Positions 1 through 9,684 of a DNA stretch of 64,000 nt are shown here, in pieces. Origin of the DNA: Gemmatales bacterium (GTDB lineage: Bacteria; Planctomycetota; Planctomycetia; Gemmatales; HRBIN36); the NCBI GenBank assembly GCA_041640595.1, contig JBEPZY010000001.1, positions 640,001 to 704,000 of the forward strand. Direction: 5' to 3'. A program made the translations under genes and the position numbers. How positions within the stretch are numbered: position 1 is the first letter of the stretch; each line of letters opens with the position of its first letter. The notes beneath the pieces were generated by a model that was not told the DNA's origin, searched no databases, and saw only the letters and a program-made list of their open reading frames with translations.

Positions 1-184
1 TACTTCAAAATCTTCCGGCACGGTACGAATTTGCCCACCAATGCCCGGCAGATCCGCAGTAACCATCGGCAAGTCAATGTCATTCAGGTTGTCCATGAGC
101 GCGTCCACTTTGCGGCCAATCAACCCTTTTCTATGCTACACGCATATAGGGAAATTGCCCGGTCTGGTCATCTATAACGAATCT

Positions 185-649
185 ATGACTATCCTGAACC
201 GTATTCGGGAACGGCTGCAACAGGCAGGTGTCGAATCGTACACTTTGCTTTTTCACCGTCCTGTTTTCACCAGCGAAGAAGCGGCTGCGGTCAGGGGAAC
301 GCCTTTGGCCAGTGGAGCGAAAGCCCTGGTGCTCAAAGCCGACGATCGCTTTATCCTCGCGGTGTTGCCCGCGGATCGAAAGCTGGACAACCGTCGCCTG
401 CGTGAACAACTCGGCGTGAGGTCGCTTCGCTTTGCCAGCCGGGAGGAGTTGTTGCAATTGACCGGCGTCCCTCCGGGTGCGGTTCCGCCGTTTGGCAGTT
501 TGTTCGGATTACCCACCTACTGCGACCCAGCCTTGCTTCAGCAAACGGAGATCAACTTTAACATTGGCGACAATGCGGTATCCATGCACCTGGCTACCCA
601 GGACTACCTGAGGGTCGAAAATCCCATTCAACTGCCGCTGGCCTGTTGA
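185..649 (+). CDS. YbaK/ProX-family aminoacyl-tRNA deacylase (YeaK/ProXp-y-like)
   Basis: Motifs EEAAAVRGTPLASGAKALVLK, FILAVLPAD and GAVPPFG. Start placed at ATG 185, inside ORF 41..649. Confidence 0.85.
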   Translation: MTILNRIRERLQQAGVESYTLLFHRPVFTSEEAAAVRGTPLASGAKALVLKADDRFILAVLPADRKLDNRRLREQLGVRSLRFASREELLQLTGVPPGAVPPFGSLFGLPTYCDPALLQQTEINFNIGDNAVSMHLATQDYLRVENPIQLPLAC

Positions 650-1206
650 CCGGCTCCGGGCTGCCAGAGAATATCCGCGCGGCCTGCGTCGTTATAGACA
701 CGGGCCAGCACAAAAAGCAGGTCGGACAGGCGGTTCAAATACCGCAGCACTTCCGGATTGATCGGTTCGTGTTGACTGAGGCAGACGACCTGGCGTTCGG
801 CACGGCGACAGACAGTACGGGCAAGATGGCACCAGGCCGCCGCTAACGTGCCCCCGGGGATCACGAAACTGCTTAGCGGTTTAAGCTGTGCGTTGAGCCG
901 GTCAATCTGTTCCTCCAGCCATTGCACCTGTTGGGCCTGGATACGTAAACGTTGCCGGCTTTGCTCGTCGTAGGGGCAACACAAGTCGGCTCCGACATCG
1001 AAGAGGTCATTCTGAATGCGGCGAATCATTGCCGACTCCGCCTGATTCGGAACCGACGCCAGCACCAGCCCGAGGACACTATTGAGTTCGTCCACCTCGC
1101 CGTAAGCTGCGACGCGCGGGTGATTTTTCGGCACACGTTGACCGTTGCCGAGACTGGTTTCCCCCGTGTCACCGGTACGCGTGTAAATGCGGGACAAATA
1201 GACCAT
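628..1206 (-). CDS. PduO-type ATP:cob(I)alamin adenosyltransferase
   Basis: IYTRTGDxGET, YGEVDELNS, ARTVCRRAER and YLNRLSDLLF signatures. Confidence 0.93.
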   Translation of the reverse strand: MVYLSRIYTRTGDTGETSLGNGQRVPKNHPRVAAYGEVDELNSVLGLVLASVPNQAESAMIRRIQNDLFDVGADLCCPYDEQSRQRLRIQAQQVQWLEEQIDRLNAQLKPLSSFVIPGGTLAAAWCHLARTVCRRAERQVVCLSQHEPINPEVLRYLNRLSDLLFVLARVYNDAGRADILWQPGAGQQASGS

Positions 1207-1230
1207 GGTTCCACCTTGTTGCAACTACAA

Positions 1231-1851
1231 TCAGTAGCCACGCCGGCGAAAGAGCCCTGACCAGCCGAGTGGCCGAAAAACTTGCCCATTCAAATCCACA
1301 GCTTCGAACTGGTAACGGCGAAGTTGCCAGATTTCGAAATCCTGTTCCAGCTCCTCGGCAATCTGGCGAACCGAGACCCGTGGAGGACCTTTTTCTTTTG
1401 GAGTGGGATCATCCGCATTACCCATCAAGGCCAGATACCAGGAACCTGGAGCGGTCAATCGCCTCAACCCTGCCAGGAATTTCGCCACTCCCAGTTCTCG
1501 CACGCTGTGGTAAACCCCGCGATCGAAAACGAGAGAAAATGGTTCACCAAAATCGGGTGGCTCAAAGACATCACCGACAACAAACGTTACCGAGACGCCA
1601 GCAGCATCGGCCTTTTTCCTAGCTTTTTCGATGGCCAGCGGCGAAATGTCGAAGGCAGTTACTTCAAACCCGCGTTGGGCGAGGTAAATGGCATTCGTTC
1701 CCGTACCGCAACCGATCTCCACACAGCGACATGGGCCAAACCAGCCTTCCTGCAGAATACGGACTAACTCGCTATCCGGTTGGCCAGTATCCCAGGGTGT
1801 GTCGCCTGTTTCGTAGCGTTTTTGCCAGTCTTCTGCGGTACGTGGATTCAT
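1231..1851 (-). CDS. Class I SAM-dependent methyltransferase (TPMT/tellurite-resistance-like)
   Basis: WQKRYETGDTPWD, EIGCGTG motif I and FDRGVYH. Start at MNPRT. Confidence 0.85.
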   Translation of the reverse strand: MNPRTAEDWQKRYETGDTPWDTGQPDSELVRILQEGWFGPCRCVEIGCGTGTNAIYLAQRGFEVTAFDISPLAIEKARKKADAAGVSVTFVVGDVFEPPDFGEPFSLVFDRGVYHSVRELGVAKFLAGLRRLTAPGSWYLALMGNADDPTPKEKGPPRVSVRQIAEELEQDFEIWQLRRYQFEAVDLNGQVFRPLGWSGLFRRRGY

Positions 1852-1906
1852 AGCCGTTTCCCGCAGCGGTTGTAAGGAAAACACATCGCCAGGTTTGAGG
1901 GGCAGT

Positions 1907-2599
1907 TTATCCCAGTGCGTTTTCTGCTTCGGCGATAATAGCGGCGGCCTCATCGGCATTTTCTGCGCCGCGAAGTTTGTCAAGGAACCCAGGTTGCAGG
2001 AACAATCGCGATAGCCGGGCCAGCACCCGCAAATGCGTTGCGTCATCGCAACAGCAAACCAGGAAAAAGAGATCGCACAGGCCTCCTCGGTCTCCGCCAA
2101 ACGGGATCGGGGAGAGAGTGCGACCAAACGCAACGACCGACTCGCTCAAAGCCTGGGGCAAAGGTCGGCGAGGGTGCGGAATAGCTACACCGCCTGGCAT
2201 GGCTGTGGATTGCATTTCTTCACGAGCCTGAACGGCTTTGAGTACAGCTTCTGGGTCGTACACCCGCCAGGATTGCTCCGCCAGCTGAACCAGCTCCGTG
2301 AGAACTGATCGCTTCGTTCGGGCCTGTAACGGGATCGCAATGCAGGTCTCCGGCAGCAGACCGCCTATCAACCGCTCGCTTGACGTCTTCTTCCCGCCTT
2401 CCAGATGCGCCAGCCGTTGCTCATCCCAGGTAGGCAATTGGGTTTCCACCCAGTGCAGAATTTCCGCGCGCGCAAAACACCAGTGTCCAGCGACCTTCCG
2501 GCCTGGAAGATAACCGCGGTCGGCCAGTCGCTGGATTTCCCGCGCATCCCAGCGCAAATACTGCGCCACTTCCTCTACCGTCATGACTTCAGGATTCAT
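1907..2599 (-). CDS. PTS IIA(Ntr)-like protein with N-terminal excisionase-type HTH
   Basis: MTVEEVAQYL...LPGRKVAGHW HTH followed by an EIIA domain (REEMQST, VAIPH, HLRVLARLS). Confidence 0.88.
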   Translation of the reverse strand: MNPEVMTVEEVAQYLRWDAREIQRLADRGYLPGRKVAGHWCFARAEILHWVETQLPTWDEQRLAHLEGGKKTSSERLIGGLLPETCIAIPLQARTKRSVLTELVQLAEQSWRVYDPEAVLKAVQAREEMQSTAMPGGVAIPHPRRPLPQALSESVVAFGRTLSPIPFGGDRGGLCDLFFLVCCCDDATHLRVLARLSRLFLQPGFLDKLRGAENADEAAAIIAEAENALG

Positions 2600-2671
2600 T
2601 GTCCGCTTTCACCTCCTACGGCATAAGAATTTTACGCTCGGTTGCGGGAAAAAATTTTGGGAACGGCCATT

Positions 2672-3913
2672 TTACTGTTGCCGCGACAATCCTGGAAGTT
2701 CAAACCCCGCTCCCGATTTAGCCAGTTGCAGTTGCACCTGAGTTTGCGTTTGCAGTCCCCATAACCGGATAAACCCTTTGGCTGCTTCGTGATCGAACAG
2801 GTCCTTGCCCTCGTAGGTAGCCAGTTGACGTTGGTAGAGGCTGAACTCGCTCTTACGGCCCACCACGGTGGCACTGCCTTTGTAAAGTTTCATGCGGACG
2901 GTACCGGTAACAAATCGCTGATTGCTCGCCACAAATGCCGCCAGGTCCTGATGAAACGCGCTGAACCACAGACCATTGTAAATCAGGTCGGCGTATTCCT
3001 GGCTGACGTAGGTTTTGAAGCGTTGAGCCTGCTTGGTCAGTGTCAAAGCTTCCAGGTCGCGGTGGGCCTCGTGGAGAATGACCGCTGCTGGGGCTTCGTA
3101 AACTTCGCGGGACTTGATTCCCACCAGGCGGTTTTCGATATGGTCAATTCGTCCGACACCGTGTTGCCCGCCGAGGCGGTTGAGGGTTTCAATCAACTGC
3201 ACTCCGTCCATGGCTTGTCCGTTGAGTGCCACCGGTCGGCCCTGCTCGAAGTCAATGGTGATGTACACTGGTTCGTTCGGAGCCTTTTGCGGACTGACGG
3301 TCCAGGCAAAGGCTTCTTCCGGTGGTTCCGTCCAGGGGTCTTCGAGTGGCCCGGCTTCGATACTGCGGCCGAACAGGTTCTGGTCAATCGAGAACAGCTT
3401 TTCGCGTTTGACCTCGACGGGGATACCGTGTTTTTCAGCGTATTCGATGGCCTGGTCGCGGGTCATCTTCCAATCCCGCACCGGGGCAATGATTTGCAAA
3501 TCAGGAGCCAGCGTTTGAAAAGTAACGTCGAAGCGAACCTGATCGTTTCCTTTTCCCGTACAACCGTGGGCAACGGCTTTGGCACCGCGCTCGCGGGCCA
3601 GGTCAACCATGAGTTTGGCAATTAATGGACGCCCCAGGGCAGTGGCTAGCGGATAGCGATTTTCGTAAACCGCGCCCGCCATCAACGCTGGCCAGATGAA
3701 GCAATCTACGAAAAGGTTCTTAGCGTCCACCACCACCGCATCCTTGGCGCCGGTTTTCAGGGCTTTCTGTCGAATGGCTTCCAGGTCGTCTCCCTGACCG
3801 AGGTCCGCAGTGAAAGTAATGACGTCGTAGTTGTATTTTTCCTGTAGCCAACGCACCATCACCGACGTGTCGAGTCCGCCACTGTATGCGAGAATGACAA
3901 TGTCGCGTGCCAT
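2672..3913 (-). CDS. argG: Argininosuccinate synthase
   Basis: LAYSGGLDTS, HGCTGKGNDQVRF and ENRLVGIKSREVYE. Confidence 0.97.
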   Translation of the reverse strand: MARDIVILAYSGGLDTSVMVRWLQEKYNYDVITFTADLGQGDDLEAIRQKALKTGAKDAVVVDAKNLFVDCFIWPALMAGAVYENRYPLATALGRPLIAKLMVDLARERGAKAVAHGCTGKGNDQVRFDVTFQTLAPDLQIIAPVRDWKMTRDQAIEYAEKHGIPVEVKREKLFSIDQNLFGRSIEAGPLEDPWTEPPEEAFAWTVSPQKAPNEPVYITIDFEQGRPVALNGQAMDGVQLIETLNRLGGQHGVGRIDHIENRLVGIKSREVYEAPAAVILHEAHRDLEALTLTKQAQRFKTYVSQEYADLIYNGLWFSAFHQDLAAFVASNQRFVTGTVRMKLYKGSATVVGRKSEFSLYQRQLATYEGKDLFDHEAAKGFIRLWGLQTQTQVQLQLAKSGAGFELPGLSRQQ

Positions 3914-4381
3914 TGCTTGTCTCCGGTTGTATGGTGTTATCTTTCGCCTTACCGCCACGCACTTGCAGGAATGCCCCCGCCCAGGGATTCATCCAGGCCT
4001 TGCGAAAGCTGGCAAGGACTGCAAACCTGTCTGTGCACCGGTGCATGGGACTTTCGCACAACCGGTCAGGCAGGCCGTTCATAGTGCGTGTGCCAATGCT
4101 ATTGTTTATAGCGAATCCGACTTGCGGCCGGCTAATTTTAACTCCTGCTGAGAATTTCCTCCGCAGCACCTCGCAGAGCGAGTGTTTCCGGGACACCGCA
4201 GAAGGCGTTTTCTCGCACCCGGCTAATTGTAACAGCTGCGGGGTCAATGTGATCGCTAAGGTTCAGCCCGTCGGATGGTAGCTCATTTTTCGTCCAACCC
4301 AGCAAACCAGCATAGTCCAGGGTGCATACGATATCGCATAGCTTTACAATGCAACGGAGCACACACCTGGCGAATCCACTT

Positions 4382-5050
4382 ATGGACAGACTGATTTTGC
4401 CGGAAAAAATCTGGCGGCAGCTAACCGAACACGCTGTACGCGACTTGCCCAACGAGTGTCTCGGCATGTTGGCAGGGTTGCCGGACGGACGCGTGTGTGC
4501 CGTTTACGAAATTGTCAACGCTTCGACAAACCCGCACCGGTTCCTCAGCGATCCGGCCAGCTTGTGTGCTGCCGAGAAGCGTCGCCGCTCCGCAGGCTGG
4601 CATTTGCTTGGCTTCTACCATTCCCATCCCAACGGACGGCCGATTCCCAGTAGCATTGACACCGATCCCGAAGTGAATTTTTGGCTCGACGGTACCACTG
4701 TCAGCCTCATTCTCGCTGTGCAAACGCTCGACGAGTCCCCAACGGTTGCCGAAGCATTGGCGCCGGAGAAGGTGGGGCTTCATGGCCGACAGGGGCAAAC
4801 GCCCCGTCAGTCGTCCACGCCTAGCGATATTCCTGTCGTTGGTTCCCAAGCCGCAGGCGAAGTTATTGCCGCAGGGGATTCGTTCGGAACTGGGAATGCT
4901 CTGTCCGTACCTGCAAGTGCGGGCAATGCCTTTGCTGCAGGTGATTGCCTGACAACCATCCTGCACGGGTACCGCATCGAAGCCCGCGCCTACCGACTTT
5001 TCCCGCATCGCTGGCAACCCATACCGCTATCGTTGGAACTCGATTCATAG
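4382..5050 (+). CDS. JAB/JAMM (Mov34/M67) metallopeptidase with low-complexity insertion
   Basis: PNECLGML...GFYHSHP...PSSID, an intact E-HxH-S-D motif. Confidence 0.85.
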   Translation: MDRLILPEKIWRQLTEHAVRDLPNECLGMLAGLPDGRVCAVYEIVNASTNPHRFLSDPASLCAAEKRRRSAGWHLLGFYHSHPNGRPIPSSIDTDPEVNFWLDGTTVSLILAVQTLDESPTVAEALAPEKVGLHGRQGQTPRQSSTPSDIPVVGSQAAGEVIAAGDSFGTGNALSVPASAGNAFAAGDCLTTILHGYRIEARAYRLFPHRWQPIPLSLELDS

Positions 5051-5312
5051 CACTTCTCGTTGAACCATTTGCTGTCTGCTCTCATAGTTCGACTCAAGCA
5101 CCGCCAAAGCTTGGCCAGCCTGTAGGAAGGGATCGGGTAAAAGGTTATTCGAGCACGCAGAGATTGGCGTGATCCGAAGCTTGTGGCCCTCAAGAAAGCT
5201 AGCTCAGTAGTGAGTTGGGCTGGCATAGTGAACATATGCGGAGGCATATTTTGCATCAGAGGGAGCCAGCACACTTATGGCTCAGGAAACAGGTGGCGAG
5301 GTAGCTGGCCGA

Positions 5313-5344
5313 TTGACTTAAGGCGGCGTTGTCGCTTATATAAT
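5313..5344 (+). promoter_or_regulatory. Putative sigma70-type promoter of tRNA-Leu
   Basis: TTGACT at 5313 and a perfect TATAAT at 5339-5344, 10 nt before the tRNA. The 20-nt spacer is long. Confidence 0.4.
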
Positions 5345-5353
5345 GAAGTGTAA

Positions 5354-5438
5354 GCGGAAGTGGCGGAATTGGCAGACGCGCCAGGTTCAGGACCTGGTGG
5401 GCGATTAGCCCATGTGGGTTCGAGTCCCACCTTCCGCA
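5354..5438 (+). tRNA. tRNA-Leu(CAG)
   Basis: GCGGAAG/CTTCCGC acceptor stem, anticodon arm CCAGG-TTCAGGA-CCTGG, long variable arm, GTTCGAG T-loop. Confidence 0.97.
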
Positions 5439-5853
5439 TTTGGCGGTCGAGCAATTGTGAATAGCCGCTGCCCGATTCGATGTTAATGCCTGTTGGAGAC
5501 ACGTGCCGAAAGGTCGGTCATCTGCGAATAAGTGTTGCCGTCTTCGGTTGGGTAATGACTGTTGGAAGCCTCGCCTAAAGTTCGGGTGTCCGCGAAACCG
5601 TAACTTTGGTTGACTTTGAAATTACGCCAGGTGCTTTGCCGTTCCGACCGGGGATCGGCTACGCTTGGCAGCACAGTTTGTTCGCGCCTGTAAGGGCGAA
5701 ATTACAGACGGTCATTCGGCGGTCTGGTGGAGAAGGTAAATGCACGATTTGGAGCCGTCAAACCTGTATGCCGCATGCGAAGCAACGATTCCTGTCCGCA
5801 AAAAATCGGACGGTGCTCAAACAACACGAGCAACAATCGGTTTTCATCGGGCA

Positions 5854-7011
5854 TCATGCCATAACCGTTGCCGCGATGCGCCCATGATTCCGGATAGTCG
5901 AAGCATGCGGGGCGAGCAATTGAGCCAGCCATTGTTGGGGAGTGGGGCAGAACCGATCGAGGGCATTCCGATAGTCGGGATGCTTAGTTGGGGAACCATC
6001 GGCCAGGGCACGTTTCACCGCTGATCGCAACTGGGCGGGTTCCGGGGAAGTGAGGTACAATCCGGGCCAGTCACGGTAGGGTTCAAAGCCGGGGTCCTCA
6101 CCGAGCACCGCGGGCAGTCCGCAGGCGAGCGCTTCCTGTACCACCAGCGGAAATCCCTCACGAACCGCACTCGGCAGAACCAGCACATCTGCGGCATGGT
6201 AAAGCGAAATCAGTTCTGCCTGGGGTCGCGCGGGTAAATATCGAACGTGCGGGTGATTGTGAAGTTGGGGCCAATGTTCTCCGCCCGGGCCGCAGAAAAC
6301 AATTTCCCATTCCGGAGATGCGATTTCCAGCAAGTGGGCCACTCCCTTCTCCGGTATCAATCGTCCAACAAAAAGCAAGCGCGGCAGACCGTCGTTCCAG
6401 CCCAGTTGCAAACGTGCCTGCTGGCGCTCGATTGGGCTGGGTGGGCGGAACAAATCTCGCCGAACCGGATTCGGCAAAAACCGAACAGGCTTACCGGCCA
6501 AACGCACCAGCTCCGCCTGCACTCGGGCATTGTAGGCCACCAGATCGCTAGCCCACCGGCAACTGCATCGGCCCAAAGTGTGTAAACCAAGCTGAGCCAG
6601 GTATCGCTTGCTTGGCGAACGGAAATGCTGGAGTCCGCCATGATCGGTCAACAATCCCGGCTTACCGAAATGTTTGGCCCACAGCAGGGCGACCGGTGTG
6701 GCCAAAAATAAGCATCCGTGGGCGTGTACCAAATCGGCCCAGCGAACTGCGTCCCGCAAAACGCCCAACAAACCGGGGCTGAACAGCGGATAGGGAACAC
6801 GCCAGTGTTTTTCCAACCCGTGCCAGGCAGGAACACGCCGAATTCGTACCTGGGGCGGATAATCTGGATTTTCGCCCGCACCACCGCCATCACTGGCCAC
6901 GATGAGCACTTCGTGTCCCGAATCAGCCAGCGCCTGTGCTTCGAGATGTACGAGGTGTTCCACCCCTCCGACATGCGGAAGGATGTAATGGGCTACAATC
7001 AGGACACGCAT
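5854..7011 (-). CDS. Glycosyltransferase family 4
   Basis: PHVGGVE, LFVGRLIPEKG and EGFPLVVQEALACGLP. Confidence 0.93.
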   Translation of the reverse strand: MRVLIVAHYILPHVGGVEHLVHLEAQALADSGHEVLIVASDGGGAGENPDYPPQVRIRRVPAWHGLEKHWRVPYPLFSPGLLGVLRDAVRWADLVHAHGCLFLATPVALLWAKHFGKPGLLTDHGGLQHFRSPSKRYLAQLGLHTLGRCSCRWASDLVAYNARVQAELVRLAGKPVRFLPNPVRRDLFRPPSPIERQQARLQLGWNDGLPRLLFVGRLIPEKGVAHLLEIASPEWEIVFCGPGGEHWPQLHNHPHVRYLPARPQAELISLYHAADVLVLPSAVREGFPLVVQEALACGLPAVLGEDPGFEPYRDWPGLYLTSPEPAQLRSAVKRALADGSPTKHPDYRNALDRFCPTPQQWLAQLLAPHASTIRNHGRIAATVMA

Positions 7012-7832
7012 GGCCTATCGCCGGGTGAATTGCGTCGCCAAACGGGCACAGTCTCAAGAATAGCACAGGTCGCTGACACAGGCCGACATAGCCAGGCGAG
7101 CAATCGGAGAGCACGTTGCCAAGGCCGATCACCGGTCCACTGTACCTCAGCCTCGCCAACGGGCATTGCGGCACCGGTTGCCCGACCGGCGTACCTATCA
7201 CTGCCCGCCGTGTGGTCAAGCGATTGCACTGAAGCGGGAGCCTGGACAGGGCTACCGGTCAATCCGTTACGGGCAGATGACATTTCGTCGTACATAGGAG
7301 TCCGGCTACGAAGTCGCGCGACGATGTAATGCCAGAGCGGCCCGCAATCCACAATTTCGCCGACCACCAGTCGCGTTTCGGGAAACAGGTTGGCAAGTTG
7401 TTCGACATCCGGTCGCAGTCCTGTGTCGATCGGGTCAGGGTGATACGGGAATGCCCGCGGACAGGAAACGAAGAGCAGACCGCCCAGGGGCAAAATGCTT
7501 ACCAGCCGTTCGGCTAGCAGCTTCGGTTGCGGCACGTGTTCGAGCAAATTGGAACAAAATACCGACTGAAAGCGATATAATCGCAAGCGCTCGATAAACT
7601 CCGCGTCCATCAGGTCGCCAACAATATCCACGCCCGCGCCAGCGCGAATATCGGTGTGCACCACCTTCACGCCGCGCTGCTGCAACGGCTCGAAAATGTA
7701 CCGTTCAATCCACGGTTGCACGAACCGTCGAAAATGCAGTGTCTGACTGCCCACGTTTAACATCGGCGATAACCGTTCTGCTGCCATTCGGGCCAACCGG
7801 GCGTAAAACCATCTGGCTTCTTCAACCAGCAT
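6999..7832 (-). CDS. SAM-dependent methyltransferase-like protein
   Basis: LNVGS, HTDIRAGAGVDIVGD, NLLEHV and FPYHPDPID. Overlaps the GT4 start. Confidence 0.75.
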   Translation of the reverse strand: MLVEEARWFYARLARMAAERLSPMLNVGSQTLHFRRFVQPWIERYIFEPLQQRGVKVVHTDIRAGAGVDIVGDLMDAEFIERLRLYRFQSVFCSNLLEHVPQPKLLAERLVSILPLGGLLFVSCPRAFPYHPDPIDTGLRPDVEQLANLFPETRLVVGEIVDCGPLWHYIVARLRSRTPMYDEMSSARNGLTGSPVQAPASVQSLDHTAGSDRYAGRATGAAMPVGEAEVQWTGDRPWQRALRLLAWLCRPVSATCAILETVPVWRRNSPGDRPCVS

Positions 7833-7978
7833 CGTTCGTTCCTACCAATCGCTGGGCACTTTGCGGACCCTATGGCAGTCGTTAAGGCCATCAAAATCAG
7901 GTCGCTCTTTGCTCAACGAGGCAACCCAATAAAGGAAACAGATGTGCAGATATAACCTTTGATAACCTGCACCATAAG

Positions 7979-8049
7979 AGCGGGATAGGGGAGTCGAACC
8001 CCTCTCACCACCTTGGGAAGGTGGGGCACGGCCGCTATACCAATCCCGC
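7979..8049 (-). tRNA. tRNA-Gly(CCC)
   Basis: Reverse complement reads GCGGGAT...CCACC-TTCCCAA-GGTGG...GGTTCGACTCC...ATCCCGCT. Confidence 0.95.
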
Positions 8050-8524
8050 ACCGTATCGCTATCGCCAGCCGTAAGCAATTCCGTCGCCTATCTTAGTATA
8101 TAAGTTCGGCTAGTTTACCGGCCAGAGTGAATTTCACTCGGTGTCGTCGCCGCTCTGAGGAGCACTAAGCGTTATTGGGCTGGTTTGGCAAGGCGATTGT
8201 CAATCGGAGTGCCAAATCAAGCAGACCAGGAAATTGCGCTGTCGGAAAAATTCTCCTGCATTGCGAGTAACCGATACGCCAGCAAGCAACACACCGCTCC
8301 AAGCCAGTCTTCTGCGCCTTACACCTTATGGCGATCGTTTATCAATGGCCGACCATAAGACGAAAGGGTGCCGAATTAGCGGCAGTCGTCAGCAATTCCT
8401 CGCTGGCACTGCAGACACTGACGCTTGTCGGCAAGCAAATGATGAAGCGCACTGGCTTGCCGATTTCGTGCTGCCCTGGCTGGCCTGATGACGTGGTCCG
8501 GGAGCTTGAGAAGACCTGCGAAAG

Positions 8525-9535
8525 CTAGGGCTTTTTGCTTTCCTGGGCCAGTGTATCCATAGTTTCCGTGCGAGTGGTTTGCTTTTGCTCCAGCTCGACC
8601 TCAGCTTTTTGATCGCCGACGCTGATGGTCAGTTTCCCAGTGAGGTTGACAACCATTTCCGAACTATGGGTTCGGCCTTTCTTGCTGTCGAAATAGATCG
8701 TTCCTTTGACTTCCTTGGCTTCCAGGTTGCCACTTTCGATTTTGAAAGGCAGTCCGGTTGCCTGGGCAGCTTCGGGCGGCTTGTATTTGACGCTGGCCTG
8801 CACCTCAATCTTGTCCAGTTCCGCGTCGCCTTTTTTCTCTTTGCCCTGGTAAATGTACTTGTAAAGGGCGTCGTAGGAGCCGAGTGGCCCCATGGTCAGA
8901 CGGGCTTCACGCTCCCAGGCACCGCCAACAGCTACCGGGGAGGGCGGAGTAACCGCAAAAGCTGGCTCAGCCATCTGCTTGAGCTGGTCTTCCGAAAGAA
9001 TCTGACCCAGCAGCTGCGACATGTTGGGGTTGGCGTCTCGCAGCCGCTTCACGAAATCCTCACGCCCTTGCACGTTGACGACGCGGTTAGTTTTCGGATC
9101 GAGCGTAATGGTAAAACTGGCACCGATTAACGGCTTGAAGAAACTCGCCACCGGGTTTTCGGTCTGATCCTTGCTTGCCGAGTTGTAACTGATTTCGTTA
9201 CTGCCTATGCGAATGCGCATGTTGACCGACTCGATTTTTTGCTCCAGTTCCACCTTTTCGGGAGCAGCCGATTTGACCGTCCAGCTGAAAACAAACTCCT
9301 GTTCCTGATCCTGCTTGATTTGCTGGCCCTGGATTTTCAGGGACTGCTCCGTTCGCGTGGTCATTTTCTGGAAGAACTTGTCGCCAGCTTTGAAGCTCCA
9401 TTTCAGCTCGGACGTGCCGGACTTCTCCGGTGGCTTCTGTTCTGCTTTTTCCGGTTTTTTCTCTTGAGCGAGAAGTGGGAGAGCGACCAGGGTCGCACCC
9501 GTCAGCAGCAAGCAGAAAAAGCGTTGCATAGACAT
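8525..9535 (-). CDS. Secreted hypothetical protein (DUF6263-like beta-rich)
   Basis: Signal peptide, ELKWSFKAGDKF, beta-rich body. GGAGGAGG RBS before ATG 9535. Confidence 0.7.
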   Translation of the reverse strand: MSMQRFFCLLLTGATLVALPLLAQEKKPEKAEQKPPEKSGTSELKWSFKAGDKFFQKMTTRTEQSLKIQGQQIKQDQEQEFVFSWTVKSAAPEKVELEQKIESVNMRIRIGSNEISYNSASKDQTENPVASFFKPLIGASFTITLDPKTNRVVNVQGREDFVKRLRDANPNMSQLLGQILSEDQLKQMAEPAFAVTPPSPVAVGGAWEREARLTMGPLGSYDALYKYIYQGKEKKGDAELDKIEVQASVKYKPPEAAQATGLPFKIESGNLEAKEVKGTIYFDSKKGRTHSSEMVVNLTGKLTISVGDQKAEVELEQKQTTRTETMDTLAQESKKP

Positions 9536-9684
9536 ACCTCCTCCAGTCAATAGGCAAGGGGGCGACCAGTAATTCATTCGGCTGCCTCTATTAGTGACTC
9601 GCTGACCATCGTTTCGTTCGCGGAAACCCATTATACTAACTGCACGCGTACCAGCGTAGAGCAGGGCGCAAAAGGAGGACAGCG

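Noticed and set aside
628..649. Convergent 3' overlaps (YbaK/PduO; SDR/glmS at 63531-63544)
   Set aside because: Short tail-to-tail overlaps are routine in compact genomes.
2789..3625. 278-aa plus-strand ORF (and similar ones opposite pyrD, the exonuclease and DUF1559)
   Set aside because: Antisense to clearly real genes.
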